The position numbers and the translations under genes are program-made. Of a DNA stretch of 64,000 nt, positions 8,652 through 18,331 are shown piece by piece. How positions within the stretch are numbered: position 1 is the stretch's first letter; the number at the start of each line of letters is the position of its first letter. This stretch comes from Bacteroidales bacterium (GTDB taxonomy: Bacteria > Bacteroidota > Bacteroidia > Bacteroidales > NBLH01): contig JBNKRJ010000003.1 in assembly GCA_050296515.1 (NCBI GenBank), forward strand, positions 462-64,461, in the 5' to 3' direction. The notes under the pieces were generated by a model. It did not search any database, had not been told where the DNA came from, and worked only from the letters and a program-made list of their open reading frames with translations.

Positions 8652-10820
8652 ATGTCAAAGCATCTTTTCTTCCTGAGTGTAATCCTAACCTTCTTTTCCT
8701 GCTTGAATTTAAACGCGCAGAAGACTTATGATTTCAAATTTCAAAATCCCGAACTTGATTTCAATACAAGAGTAGATGATTTAATCACGAGATTAACCAT
8801 CGAAGAAAAGGCAAAATTAATGCTTTCAGACAGCCCTCCAATTGAACGATTGGGAATTCCATCTTATAATTGGTGGAACGAATGTTTGCATGGAGTAGGA
8901 AGAGCAGGCCGGGCAACTGTATTTCCTCAGGCTATTGGTTTAGCCGCTACCTTTGATGATGAACTTGCTTTTGAAGTAGCCACTGTAATTTCAGATGAGG
9001 CAAGGGCGAAACATCATGCAGCATTAAAGAAAGGAAGCAGAGAACAATATACAGGTTTAACATTTTGGACGCCAAACATTAACATTTTTCGTGACCCCAG
9101 ATGGGGGCGTGGACAAGAAACTTATGGAGAAGATGTGTTGTTGACCTCAAAAATGGGTACCGCATTTGTAAAAGGCCTGCAAGGAAACAATCCCAAATAC
9201 CTTAAAACTTCAGCTTGTGCAAAACATTTTGCTGTGCATAGCGGTCCGGAAAGAACAAGGCATGAAATTGATGTACTTCCTAATGAAAAAAACATGCGTG
9301 AAATTTATTTTCCTGCATTTAAAACACTGGTTGACAATGGAGTAGAAACTATAATGTGTGCATACAACCGATTAAAAGGCTCTCCCTGCTGTGGCAGTAG
9401 TTTCTTGTTAAACGATATTTTAAGAAATGAATGGGGATTTAAAGGCCATATAGTTTCTGATTGCGGAGCTTTGGATGATTTCTGGAGATCTCACAAGGTG
9501 ACTAAAGATCAGGTAGAATCAGCGGCTATGGCAGCTAATGCAGGAGTAAACCTCAATTGCGGGAGCGTTTACTCGAATTTGGCAAATGCAGTTAAGCAAG
9601 GAATGGTCAGCGAAGCACAACTTGATTATATTTTAAAGCCACTTCTGCTTACCCGGTTTAAATTAGGAATGTTCGATCCTGAAGAAATGGTTCCATACGC
9701 AACAATTCCAGTTTCAAAGGTGAACTGCAAAGAGCATGTTGCACTTTCATTTAAAGTGGCGGCAAAATCTATGGTTTTGTTACAGAATAAAAACAAAATT
9801 CTGCCCTTGAACAAAGACAGGCTAAAAAGAATATTTGTAACTGGTCCCTTAGCTGCAAATGCCGAAGCTTTAATGGGTAATTACAATGGTTTTTCAGGCA
9901 ACATGGTCACAGTTTTAGAAGGCATTATAAACAAAGTTGACGAAGGTACAGTAGTTGAATACAGCCCTGGTTGCCTGCTGGCTGGTGATAATTCATTTCA
10001 TGGTTTTTGGCAGGCAGGTATTGCCGAAATGGTAATTGCTGTAATGGGCTACAATCACTTATTGGAAGGAGAAGAGGGAGATGCCATGTTAAACAAAAAT
10101 GGTGGTGACAGAATTGATCTGAAACTCCCTGAAAATCAAGTTGCATTTCTAAAAAGAATGAGGGAGTCTATTGGAGATAAACCACTGATAGTCATTGTAA
10201 TGGGAGGAAGTGCCATTAATCTTTCTGAGATACAAAACATTGCGGATGCAATTCTTTTTGCATGGTACCCTGGTGAACAAGGTGGAAATGCGACTGCAGA
10301 TATTTTATTCGGAGACATCAATCCATCGGGGAAATTACCTGTTACATTTTACAAATCGGTAAATGATTTACCCGAATATGATGATTACAGCATGGACGGC
10401 AGAACGTATAAGTATTTTAAAGGTGCGCCATTGTATCCCTTTGGTTTTGGGATGAGTTATACAAAATTTGAAATAAAAAATTCAGGGAATAACTTAACAA
10501 AAATAAAACAAAGGGACTCTCTTTCAGTTTATTGCAAAATAAAAAACACAGGAAACTTTGATGGAGAAGAAGTTATTCAGGTTTATGCGAAAAAGGTAAA
10601 ACCGAAAATTGAGATGCCCCTCAAAACATTGGTTGGGTTTAAACGGATAACTGTATCAAAAGGTGAAGAGAAAACAGTTCAGGTTCCAACTGATTTAAAA
10701 CAGCTACAATATTGGGATATAAAGAAAAAGCAGTTTGAGTTCGAGAAGGGTGAGTACGTTATTGAGGTGGGAACATCTAGTGGGGATATTAGTTTTAGGT
10801 ATTCTGTCATGATTAAGTGA
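8652..10820 (+). CDS. glycoside hydrolase family 3 (beta-glucosidase / beta-xylosidase type), secreted
   Basis: GH3 motifs KHFAVHSGPE and GHIVSDCGALDD, with a C-terminal Fn3-like domain. I place the start at ATG 8652 (MSKHLFFLSVILTFFSCLNLNAQ signal peptide) rather than the TTG at 8610. Confidence 0.9.
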   Translation: MSKHLFFLSVILTFFSCLNLNAQKTYDFKFQNPELDFNTRVDDLITRLTIEEKAKLMLSDSPPIERLGIPSYNWWNECLHGVGRAGRATVFPQAIGLAATFDDELAFEVATVISDEARAKHHAALKKGSREQYTGLTFWTPNINIFRDPRWGRGQETYGEDVLLTSKMGTAFVKGLQGNNPKYLKTSACAKHFAVHSGPERTRHEIDVLPNEKNMREIYFPAFKTLVDNGVETIMCAYNRLKGSPCCGSSFLLNDILRNEWGFKGHIVSDCGALDDFWRSHKVTKDQVESAAMAANAGVNLNCGSVYSNLANAVKQGMVSEAQLDYILKPLLLTRFKLGMFDPEEMVPYATIPVSKVNCKEHVALSFKVAAKSMVLLQNKNKILPLNKDRLKRIFVTGPLAANAEALMGNYNGFSGNMVTVLEGIINKVDEGTVVEYSPGCLLAGDNSFHGFWQAGIAEMVIAVMGYNHLLEGEEGDAMLNKNGGDRIDLKLPENQVAFLKRMRESIGDKPLIVIVMGGSAINLSEIQNIADAILFAWYPGEQGGNATADILFGDINPSGKLPVTFYKSVNDLPEYDDYSMDGRTYKYFKGAPLYPFGFGMSYTKFEIKNSGNNLTKIKQRDSLSVYCKIKNTGNFDGEEVIQVYAKKVKPKIEMPLKTLVGFKRITVSKGEEKTVQVPTDLKQLQYWDIKKKQFEFEKGEYVIEVGTSSGDISFRYSVMIK

Positions 10821-10852
10821 GTTACGGGTTATGATGTGTTGCGAGTAAATAG

Positions 10853-10892
10853 GGACTGAGTTGCAGGTTATTGGAAACTCTCAGTTCTTTTT
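10853..10892 (+). terminator. rho-independent terminator after the GH3 gene
   Basis: Stem 'ggactgag' (10853-10860) pairs with 'ctcagttc' (10879-10886): 8 bp including one G-U. It is followed by 'ttttt'. Confidence 0.55.
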
Positions 10893-10959
10893 AACATATC
10901 AAATGAATGAGTTGATTTTACCTTCATATTCTTTTGTTTCTTTTTTATGGTTCATAAAA

Positions 10960-11120
10960 ATATTCCGCTACTCTGTAGCTTAAAAATGATTTCAAAACCT
11001 TCTTGCTACAAATATTTTGCTGCGCTGCAACATCTATTAATAAGCGGCAGAGCCGCGATATATTTGTAAAACATTAACATATTAATTCCTAAGCTCCAGA
11101 GGAGCGAAATCTTTCGGTTC
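10960..11120. repeat. cluster of 5-bp-stem / 3-nt-loop mini-hairpins nested in a 9-bp stem
   Basis: Mini-hairpins: 'gctac tct gtagc' (10967-10979), 'gcggc aga gccgc' (11044-11056) and 'gctcc aga ggagc' (11093-11105). 'tacaaatat' (11007-11015) pairs with 'atatttgta' (11060-11068). Confidence 0.6.
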
Positions 11121-11241
11121 AAAACAAAATTCTAATGAAGCAGATAATGTATTCTATTTACCTAATACAAACGATTCTTAAAAAGCAAAATATGAAAAAG
11201 TCTTAAACTCAATTTGTAGTTCCAGAACATTAATCATCAAC

Positions 11242-12003
11242 TTAAACCTCCACCACCAACCCATCATATGCAAACCTGACATTCTTTGGCAACTCTTTTT
11301 CAACCTCGCTATGCAATCCCATTAAATGGCTAATATGAGTTAAATAGGCTTTTTCTGGTTTTAATTCATCCAAAACTTTCAGGGCTCCTTTCAGGTTGTA
11401 GTGTGAGATGTGTTCTTTTATCCGAAGAGCATTTATTACAACAATCTTAGCCCCTTTTATCTTTTCCATTTCCTCATCAGCAATAAAATTGGCATCAGTA
11501 ATGTAAACAAAATCATTGATTCGATAACCCAAAATTGGAAGTTTGTAATGCATTACCCGAATGGGAATAATTTGTGTTCCATTTATATTAAAGGGCTTGT
11601 TTTCAATTAAATGCATATTCATCTCAGGAATTCCGGGATACTTAAATTTAGCAAAAACATAAGCATATTCTCGCTTTAAAGCTTCCTGCACCCTTTTTTC
11701 GGCATAAATATCCATGGGCCTTTTTTGTATAAAATTGAACGCCCGAATATCGTCAAGTCCTGCAATATGATCTTTATGTTCATGAGTGAATAAAATAGCG
11801 TTTACATTTTTTGCCTTCGATTGCAACATCTGTTGCCTGAAATCAGGACCAGTGTCAATTACAAAGGTTTGATCATCCACATCAATCATCACACTGGTAC
11901 GCAAGCGTTTATCTCTAGTGTCAAACGACTGACAAACTTCACAATCACATAATATCACCGGAACTCCCTGGGAGGTTCCTGTTCCTAGAAATGTTACTTT
12001 CAA
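11242..12003 (-). CDS. MBL-fold metallo-hydrolase
   Basis: HxHxDH motif in FTHEHKDHIAGLDD. N-terminus MKVTFLGTGTSQGVP. TTG start codon. Confidence 0.85.
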   Translation of the reverse strand: MKVTFLGTGTSQGVPVILCDCEVCQSFDTRDKRLRTSVMIDVDDQTFVIDTGPDFRQQMLQSKAKNVNAILFTHEHKDHIAGLDDIRAFNFIQKRPMDIYAEKRVQEALKREYAYVFAKFKYPGIPEMNMHLIENKPFNINGTQIIPIRVMHYKLPILGYRINDFVYITDANFIADEEMEKIKGAKIVVINALRIKEHISHYNLKGALKVLDELKPEKAYLTHISHLMGLHSEVEKELPKNVRFAYDGLVVEV

Positions 12004-12215
12004 AACGCTATTTTTAAATTTTCAATAAAGAAAATGAACAATCATTAAATAAGCAATAACTAATCTTTATCAAATTTGTATTGTCCCTGGAATTATAGGT
12101 TAATCTAGATTTGCAAAAAAAGATTCCAGATACAAAACTAAAAGCAAAAGACCGAAATCGGAAGCAAAAAGAAAATACTTCCGTCTCCGGTCCTCCACCT
12201 TCGTGCTATAAGAAC

Positions 12216-13820
12216 CTAGAACTTCTCATCGTATTTTGTCCAAAGAAAATCGCCAAGCTTCCATGCTTCGTCAACCACCTTAGTTCCCCATTTATTGGTA
12301 TAATTGGTTAAAAACTCAATTCGCTTATCAATCTTTTTAATATCCTGAGCTTCCTTTTCGATATTCCTCTGACTTTCAAACAATTCCTTCTGCATTGGCA
12401 GCCATTTCTTATCTACATCGTGTCGCATATCGCCCCAGCGCTGAGCTGTCAATGTTCCTAAACGATTAAATGCCCACCAGGCCGACTCTCTTGTAAAACC
12501 ATTTACGCGACCAGGTGTTTTATAATAACTTGGCAAATCTGTCACCCCACAGTAAATTGGAATATAGATGGAGGTGGCAATATTATCCTGAGCCATCCAA
12601 ACTAAACCTCCTATTTCATCCGGTAACCAATCTCTTGATTGCAAGATAGTTCCATACATGGTGTACCAACGGGCGATGGTACGTTCGCCAAGTTCGTTCC
12701 AGCCACCATTTATCTTAAACAAATCATACATATCATATGGCATAAATGGATTGGCAAAAACCGAAATAGTTTTCTTTCCATCTTTATCAAAAGAAGTAAT
12801 GTTTTTCACCATGTCAAATGGAGTATCTTCGTAATAATCTTTGAAAAAGCTCACCATTTTGTCCAAAGTAATTGGTGAATCAGGCTTTACTGAGAATGGA
12901 TAGTCTTTATCATTCGGATCAAGTTTTAAAGATGGAGCAGCCAGGCTAAAAACTCGCCATTCTCTCCGCCTTGATGCATATGAATTACGGCTAGTTGGAG
13001 CATAAGCATAACAAAACTTAAAGGTCTCTTTGTTTTCATCCCACCAGCCATTTGCTTTGGCAACAGAATAGATGTTCTCAGAAGCCATGAAGTAATCTTT
13101 GTTATCCAAGTCAATTTCTTTAATGGTACTTGCATTGGCGTTTATCGCAATATGATCATCCGGAACTCTTTGTGCAACCCAAACTGCACCTGTTTTATCT
13201 TTTCCAGGACCAACAATCTCGAAATGCCAAACTTCTTTGGTATCAGAAATGGTCAAGCACTCACCTTCATCGTTCCAGCCATATTCTTTTACTAATTCAC
13301 CAGCCATTTTAATAGCTTGCCTTGCAGTTGAACATCTTTCAAGCATTAGCTGGGCTAATCGCTGACAGTCAATTAATCCATTATTTGACTGAAGCTCCTC
13401 TCTCCCTCCAAAAGTAGATTCACCAATACCCAACTGTTTGGTATTCATACAAGGATAAGCACTGTTTACAAATCCAAAAGTAGATTCCACCTGAGGAATT
13501 TCACCAATTTTTGTATGCTTATAGGCTGGCATCGCCTTCTCATTATCCTGTGTACGCTTAAACATTGGTGCTTTATCTCCTTTCTTGTGTTTTTTTCCTG
13601 GTTGAATATCTACCCAAGAGCGTGTACGATGACTATCATCTGTATGTGAGTTCATTACCGAACCATCTGCACTTGCTTTTTTTCCAACCGTAATAGCTGT
13701 ACAACCATCAGGTTTATTATTTACCCAGTCCGTTTTATCTACCTGTGACTTAACCTGATTGAATCCAAAGAAAAATATCATCAATCCTGAAAGGAAAATA
13801 TAATGTAGTTTGTGATTCAT
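12216..13820 (-). CDS. C69-family dipeptidase, secreted
   Basis: After the signal peptide comes the nucleophile context GCTAITVGKKASADGSVMNSHTDD, typical of peptidase C69. I place the start at ATG 13820 (MNHKLHYIFLSGLMIFF) rather than TTG 13850. Confidence 0.85.
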   Translation of the reverse strand: MNHKLHYIFLSGLMIFFFGFNQVKSQVDKTDWVNNKPDGCTAITVGKKASADGSVMNSHTDDSHRTRSWVDIQPGKKHKKGDKAPMFKRTQDNEKAMPAYKHTKIGEIPQVESTFGFVNSAYPCMNTKQLGIGESTFGGREELQSNNGLIDCQRLAQLMLERCSTARQAIKMAGELVKEYGWNDEGECLTISDTKEVWHFEIVGPGKDKTGAVWVAQRVPDDHIAINANASTIKEIDLDNKDYFMASENIYSVAKANGWWDENKETFKFCYAYAPTSRNSYASRRREWRVFSLAAPSLKLDPNDKDYPFSVKPDSPITLDKMVSFFKDYYEDTPFDMVKNITSFDKDGKKTISVFANPFMPYDMYDLFKINGGWNELGERTIARWYTMYGTILQSRDWLPDEIGGLVWMAQDNIATSIYIPIYCGVTDLPSYYKTPGRVNGFTRESAWWAFNRLGTLTAQRWGDMRHDVDKKWLPMQKELFESQRNIEKEAQDIKKIDKRIEFLTNYTNKWGTKVVDEAWKLGDFLWTKYDEKF

Positions 13821-14148
13821 ATTTTTGATTTTTTGATTAATAATTGGCAACTTATTTCTGTTAAAAGTTTTGCTAACTTAAGCAATTATCGTAAGAATAT
13901 AGAAATTAAAACCAGAATTAACTTGTAAAATCAGAGGCGGGGACAAAGGTCTTTATGCTTCTATCATTCAATTTCCTTCTAAAAAACAGAAGAGTAATCA
14001 GAAAAATGAGTGATTGGTTTTTCATCCATAACAGTCCATCTTTTTAACAAATAAAGTGGTGTTAATTAGTAATTTTACCAACAATTTCGTAAATTTCATA
14101 AAAGCCAATTAATAATAAAACAGACACTGATTTTTTTAAACTGAAATT

Positions 14149-14682
14149 ATGTATCAAGCAAAAAGCCCACATACACAAACTGCATTGGAAGCCATACAAC
14201 TTACTGCAAGAAAAGGAGATATTGCCCAAATAAAAATTAAAGATCCTCCAAAAGAGTTGAATGAACAACTAGCATGTTTTGTTTCTATTCATTTGACTGA
14301 TGGCAGCCTTAGAGGGTGTATTGGAGCATTACAACCCAGGGAACAAAATCTATATTTGGAAATTATTTCCAATGCTGTTTCTGCAGCTTCCAGAGATAGT
14401 CGCTTTAAACCTGTTGAGGTTTCTGAACTGGAATTGCTTGAAGTTTCGGTGGATGTTTTGTCAAAACCATGGATTATAGATGATCTCAGCAAGCTTGACA
14501 CAAAAAAATACGGGGTAATTGTAACAGATGGAATGTACTCAAGGGGAGTTTTGTTGCCAAATATTGAAGGAATTGATACCGTTGAAAGACAACTCTCTAT
14601 TGCTCAGCGCAAAGCTGGTTTATCAGATATTGATTTATTGAAACTTAAAGTTTATGCCTTTACATCAACCAGGTTTTATTGA
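14149..14682 (+). CDS. amrA: AmmeMemoRadiSam system protein A (AMMECR1 domain)
   Basis: AMMECR1 signature GSLRGCIG in ACFVSIHLTDGSLRGCIGAL. Co-directional with the radical SAM and MEMO-like genes. Confidence 0.85.
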   Translation: MYQAKSPHTQTALEAIQLTARKGDIAQIKIKDPPKELNEQLACFVSIHLTDGSLRGCIGALQPREQNLYLEIISNAVSAASRDSRFKPVEVSELELLEVSVDVLSKPWIIDDLSKLDTKKYGVIVTDGMYSRGVLLPNIEGIDTVERQLSIAQRKAGLSDIDLLKLKVYAFTSTRFY

Positions 14683-14768
14683 TTTTATTTGCATAGATTT
14701 AATAGAAAATGGTTTTATTATTAAAACATAAAATCACGTAAGAGTTTAATATAAAAGGGTTTAAAGAG

Positions 14769-15773
14769 ATGAAAGAAGCGATGTTTTACGTTGGTTTAAG
14801 CGAAAAAAAAGTACAATGTACTCTTTGCCCGCACCAATGTATAATTGAGGAAGGTAAAACGGGAAATTGCAGAGTCAGGACCAACTACGACGGGAATTTA
14901 ATAGCAAAAAACTATGGAAAAATAACAGGCTTTCATTCCGATCCTATTGAAAAAAAACCGTTATACCACTATTATCCTGGCAAACAAATATTATCAATTG
15001 GTAGTGTCGGTTGTAATTTGCATTGTAAATTTTGCCAGAATTACGAAATCGCTCAAACAGGCGTGAATGGTGAAAGAATGAGAGAACTTTCGCCAGATTC
15101 GATTGTAAATGATGCCATGCGATTGAAAGATAATATTGGTATTGCCTATACTTATAATGAGCCGCTTGTATTTTATGAGTTTATGCGTGATACTGCTCTA
15201 TTGTGCAAACAATATGGGTTAAAAAATGTAATGGTTACCAATGGTTTTTTTATGCAAGAGCCGCTAAAGCGCATGCTTCATTTCATTGATGCATTTAGCA
15301 TTGATTTAAAAGCTTTTACTGAAGATTTTTATAAAAAAACAACTCTTTCTGAGCTGAGGCCTGTAAAAGAAGCATTGAAAAGTATTGCTGACTATGGTAA
15401 ATTCTTCGAAATAACAAATCTTATTATTCCTGGTTTAAATGATGATAAACAGGAATTTACAGAAATGATGAAGTGGATAAGTGGTGAACTTGGCGAAGAT
15501 ATTGTTCTTCACTTATCAAGGTATTTTCCCAGGTATAAATTATCAATCCCTCCTACTCCACCTGAAAAGCTTACAGAATTGTTTGAAATAGCAAACGAGT
15601 ATCTCGATTATGTTTATATAGGAAACCTGGCTACAGTAGATGGGCAAAATACAAAATGCCCAATTTGCCAAACCCTTGTTATTGAGCGAAATGGGTATCA
15701 TACAAACACAATAGGACTTGATGAAAACGGGAATTGTGCCAAATGCAAGCACAGAATAATTGAACATATTTAA
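14769..15773 (+). CDS. amrS: AmmeMemoRadiSam system radical SAM enzyme
   Basis: CxxxCxxC motif CNLHCKFCQN. N-terminal Cys cluster CTLCPHQCIIEEGKTGNC. C-terminal CPICQ...CAKCKH. Confidence 0.85.
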   Translation: MKEAMFYVGLSEKKVQCTLCPHQCIIEEGKTGNCRVRTNYDGNLIAKNYGKITGFHSDPIEKKPLYHYYPGKQILSIGSVGCNLHCKFCQNYEIAQTGVNGERMRELSPDSIVNDAMRLKDNIGIAYTYNEPLVFYEFMRDTALLCKQYGLKNVMVTNGFFMQEPLKRMLHFIDAFSIDLKAFTEDFYKKTTLSELRPVKEALKSIADYGKFFEITNLIIPGLNDDKQEFTEMMKWISGELGEDIVLHLSRYFPRYKLSIPPTPPEKLTELFEIANEYLDYVYIGNLATVDGQNTKCPICQTLVIERNGYHTNTIGLDENGNCAKCKHRIIEHI

Positions 15774-15784
15774 AATGGCATATT

Positions 15785-16627
15785 ATGTTAATTGAAAGCA
15801 TAAGAGAACCTGCTGTGGCTGGCAGGTTTTACCCTTCGGGTAGGGAGAAGCTGAAAGAGCTAATTGATGAAATTTATTCAAGAGAAAAGTCTAAAATTAA
15901 TTTTTTATTGACTGAAAAGGAGATTCTGGGAGCAGTGGTTCCACATGCTGGTTATGTTTATTCGGCCTACCAGGCTGTGCATTTTTTTGCGCTGTTGGAA
16001 AGGATGGAAACTTCAGTTGAAACTTTTGTTATTATCAACCCCAATCACACAGGTTGCGGCGAGAGCATTTCTCTTGACAGTCATGAACAGTGGAATACAC
16101 CTTTTGGGAATGTAGAACAGGATAAAGAATTAATTAGTGAACTAAATCTGCCTTTCTCAAACATTGCCCATCAAAATGAACACTCGGGTGAAGTAATGTT
16201 GCCACTATTACAACATTTTAACAAGGATAAATTCAAAGTTGTAATGATAACTTTATCACGGCAAAACAGTCAAAATGCGGAATTGTTGGCCACCCGAATT
16301 GATTCAGCAGCAAAAATGCTGGATCGAAAAATTATGCTTATTGCTTCCTCAGATTTCACTCATTTTAAGGATGTTGCAACAAGCAAAATGCTTGACGACA
16401 TTGTGCTTAAAAGAATTCAGGAAAAGGATATTGAAGGAGTTGAACAAGTAGTGCACCAAAATAATATTTCAGTATGTGGGTTTGGTCCTATTATGTGTTT
16501 AATGAAATATGCTAAATTACAAGGTGAATACACTTCTAAGATTGTAGCAAGAGGGCATTCAGGAGAAGTAAGTCCTTCCGACAAAGTGGTGAATTATATC
16601 AATATTTTGTTTTTCAAAAACAGATAA
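15785..16627 (+). CDS. amrB: AmmeMemoRadiSam system protein B (MEMO1 family)
   Basis: MEMO motif AVVPHAGYVYSAYQA, with His residues in NPNHTG and SSDFTHF. Starts 11 nt after amrS. Confidence 0.85.
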   Translation: MLIESIREPAVAGRFYPSGREKLKELIDEIYSREKSKINFLLTEKEILGAVVPHAGYVYSAYQAVHFFALLERMETSVETFVIINPNHTGCGESISLDSHEQWNTPFGNVEQDKELISELNLPFSNIAHQNEHSGEVMLPLLQHFNKDKFKVVMITLSRQNSQNAELLATRIDSAAKMLDRKIMLIASSDFTHFKDVATSKMLDDIVLKRIQEKDIEGVEQVVHQNNISVCGFGPIMCLMKYAKLQGEYTSKIVARGHSGEVSPSDKVVNYINILFFKNR

Positions 16628-16695
16628 CCTGCCAACAAAGTCATAAAAATAGACTAATATTGCAGCTTCAAATTAACAGGCAAAACCGAAAACAG

Positions 16696-16853
16696 ATGAA
16701 ACCCACATTGAGGAATTAGCTTACGCTGAGCCCTTCAGGGTTTATAAAGAAAATTGACTTAACGAAGTGATCTTATGAGCGAAGCGAATAATCGCTCCAC
16801 AATAAGAACATGATTAACCTTGCAAAGCAAGCTCATGAACTCCATATAAATAG
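16696..16853 (-). repeat. modular mini-hairpin intergenic repeat, copy 1 (inverted relative to copy 2)
   Basis: The reverse complement begins 'ctatttatatggagttcatgagcttgctttgcaaggttaatcatgttctt' and contains 'aaaccctgaagggctcagcgtaagctaattcctc ... gggtttcat'. This is near-identical to 44118-44272. Confidence 0.8.
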
Positions 16854-16901
16854 TTTAAGAAAAGTGAATAAATATCAATTACTTAACTAAAATTTAAACA
16901 A

Positions 16902-17171
16902 GTGAAAAGTATTGCAATCCGAATATACGGAAGGGTGCAGGGAGTTGGATTTCGATATCATACGCAGCAAGTTGCCCGCGAACATAATATAAGCGGGATG
17001 GTAAAAAACATGATTGATGGTTCTGTTTACATTGAAGCCTCTGGAACAGAACAAGATATTAATCAGTTTGTAGGCTGGTGCCATAGTGGGCCAAGATGGG
17101 CTTATGTTGAACAGGTTGAGGTTAATGATATTGAAAACAAAGGATATTTAGGTTTTTCAATTAGCCGGTAG
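16902..17171 (+). CDS. acyP: acylphosphatase
   Basis: 89 aa with a GTG start. Signature IYGRVQGVGFRYHT. Confidence 0.85.
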   Translation: MKSIAIRIYGRVQGVGFRYHTQQVAREHNISGMVKNMIDGSVYIEASGTEQDINQFVGWCHSGPRWAYVEQVEVNDIENKGYLGFSISR

Positions 17172-17267
17172 TGAACTAATTTCTGCTTTAAGTTGTTATA
17201 AGAAAAAGGTAAATTTAAGTCATAAGGTAATTAAATCTTCGGGGTTTCATCATTGAATTAAACTAGT

Positions 17268-18299
17268 ATGGATATTTCTGCTCTAAATGATTGGGAAAAA
17301 GAAGTAATTTTAAGCCTGGTATTACTGCCTTGCATTAAATACTCGGTGCCCGAACTTGTAGCAATTTTCCAAATTGATAATGAAGAAAAAGTAAGTTTTT
17401 TTGACACTATTCACGATTTATCTACAAAAGGTTTTTTAATCAGAGAAAGGGATATTTATGGTCTTACCCCGGATGATTGTGAATTGATAAAAGAAAACCA
17501 CTCCCCATCAGCAGAGCAGTGCCCTACTATTATTAATTATTTTTCAAAAAAACTTGAAAACCCAAAATTAGATTACGAGAAAGAGTTTTTACCGATATTT
17601 GTTAAATTAGAATCATTACTATCAAATATACAGGGAAAAAGCTTTCAACTTGCTCAGCTTAGCTATTTACTATCCTCCAACCTAATGAAATTCAAAAGGT
17701 TTCAGGATTCATTGAAATACAATGAATTAGCCATTAAGATTTCTGAAGCCGTGGATGAGAAACATCCGGTAGTAGCACTATTTTACAGAGACAAAGCATT
17801 GATTCACAAATTTTTAGGAAACCCGGAAAAAGCTATTTTATACAACCTTAAAGATATTGAAATTCTTGAAAAACATGCCGGAAAGTACGATGATTTGCTG
17901 CCCGACTCTTATTTCTCTTTATCGAAAACCTATGAACAACAAAAGAACTATGAAAAGGCAATAGAATATAATTTAAAAGCCATTCAGTTTGAAACAAAAA
18001 GAAAAAAGAAGCGTAGTTTGAATTTGAGTGGCTTGTATCACAACCTGGCTTATTATTACATAAAATTAAACAACCTTAAAAATGCCAGTCTTTTCATAAA
18101 CAAAGCCGTTGAAACTTTTAACGAAGGAAAAAACAAAAACGAGAATCATTACAAAATGCTTGTACGCGATCAAAAAAGGTTTAATTCGCTTTTTGAATTT
18201 GAGCAGTTTATTTTGAAGTACAAAAAGGTAATGTTAGCCTTGGCTGGTGCATTTTTGGTTGCATTGGTATGGGCAATTATTAATCTTTTAAGCAAGTAA
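17268..18299 (+). CDS. TPR-repeat protein with a C-terminal TM anchor
   Basis: TPR-like repeats (e.g. YEKAIEYNLKAIQF, YHNLAYYYIKLNNLKNASLFINKAV). C-terminal helix VMLALAGAFLVALVWAIINLL. Confidence 0.7.
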   Translation: MDISALNDWEKEVILSLVLLPCIKYSVPELVAIFQIDNEEKVSFFDTIHDLSTKGFLIRERDIYGLTPDDCELIKENHSPSAEQCPTIINYFSKKLENPKLDYEKEFLPIFVKLESLLSNIQGKSFQLAQLSYLLSSNLMKFKRFQDSLKYNELAIKISEAVDEKHPVVALFYRDKALIHKFLGNPEKAILYNLKDIEILEKHAGKYDDLLPDSYFSLSKTYEQQKNYEKAIEYNLKAIQFETKRKKKRSLNLSGLYHNLAYYYIKLNNLKNASLFINKAVETFNEGKNKNENHYKMLVRDQKRFNSLFEFEQFILKYKKVMLALAGAFLVALVWAIINLLSK

Positions 18300-18326
18300 A
18301 AAGCACGCCAGAAAAGCGTGCTTCTA
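18298..18326. terminator. bidirectional hairpin terminator between convergent genes
   Basis: 'aagcacgc' (18301-18308) pairs with 'gcgtgctt' (18316-18323) around the loop 'cagaaaa'. A-run upstream and T-rich downstream. Confidence 0.65.
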
Positions 18327-18331
18327 TTATA

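Noticed and set aside
12111-12311. 66-aa plus-strand ORF between the MBL hydrolase and the dipeptidase
   Set aside because: It overlaps the 3' end of the well-supported C69 dipeptidase gene on the opposite strand, has a TTG start and is low-complexity (K-rich).
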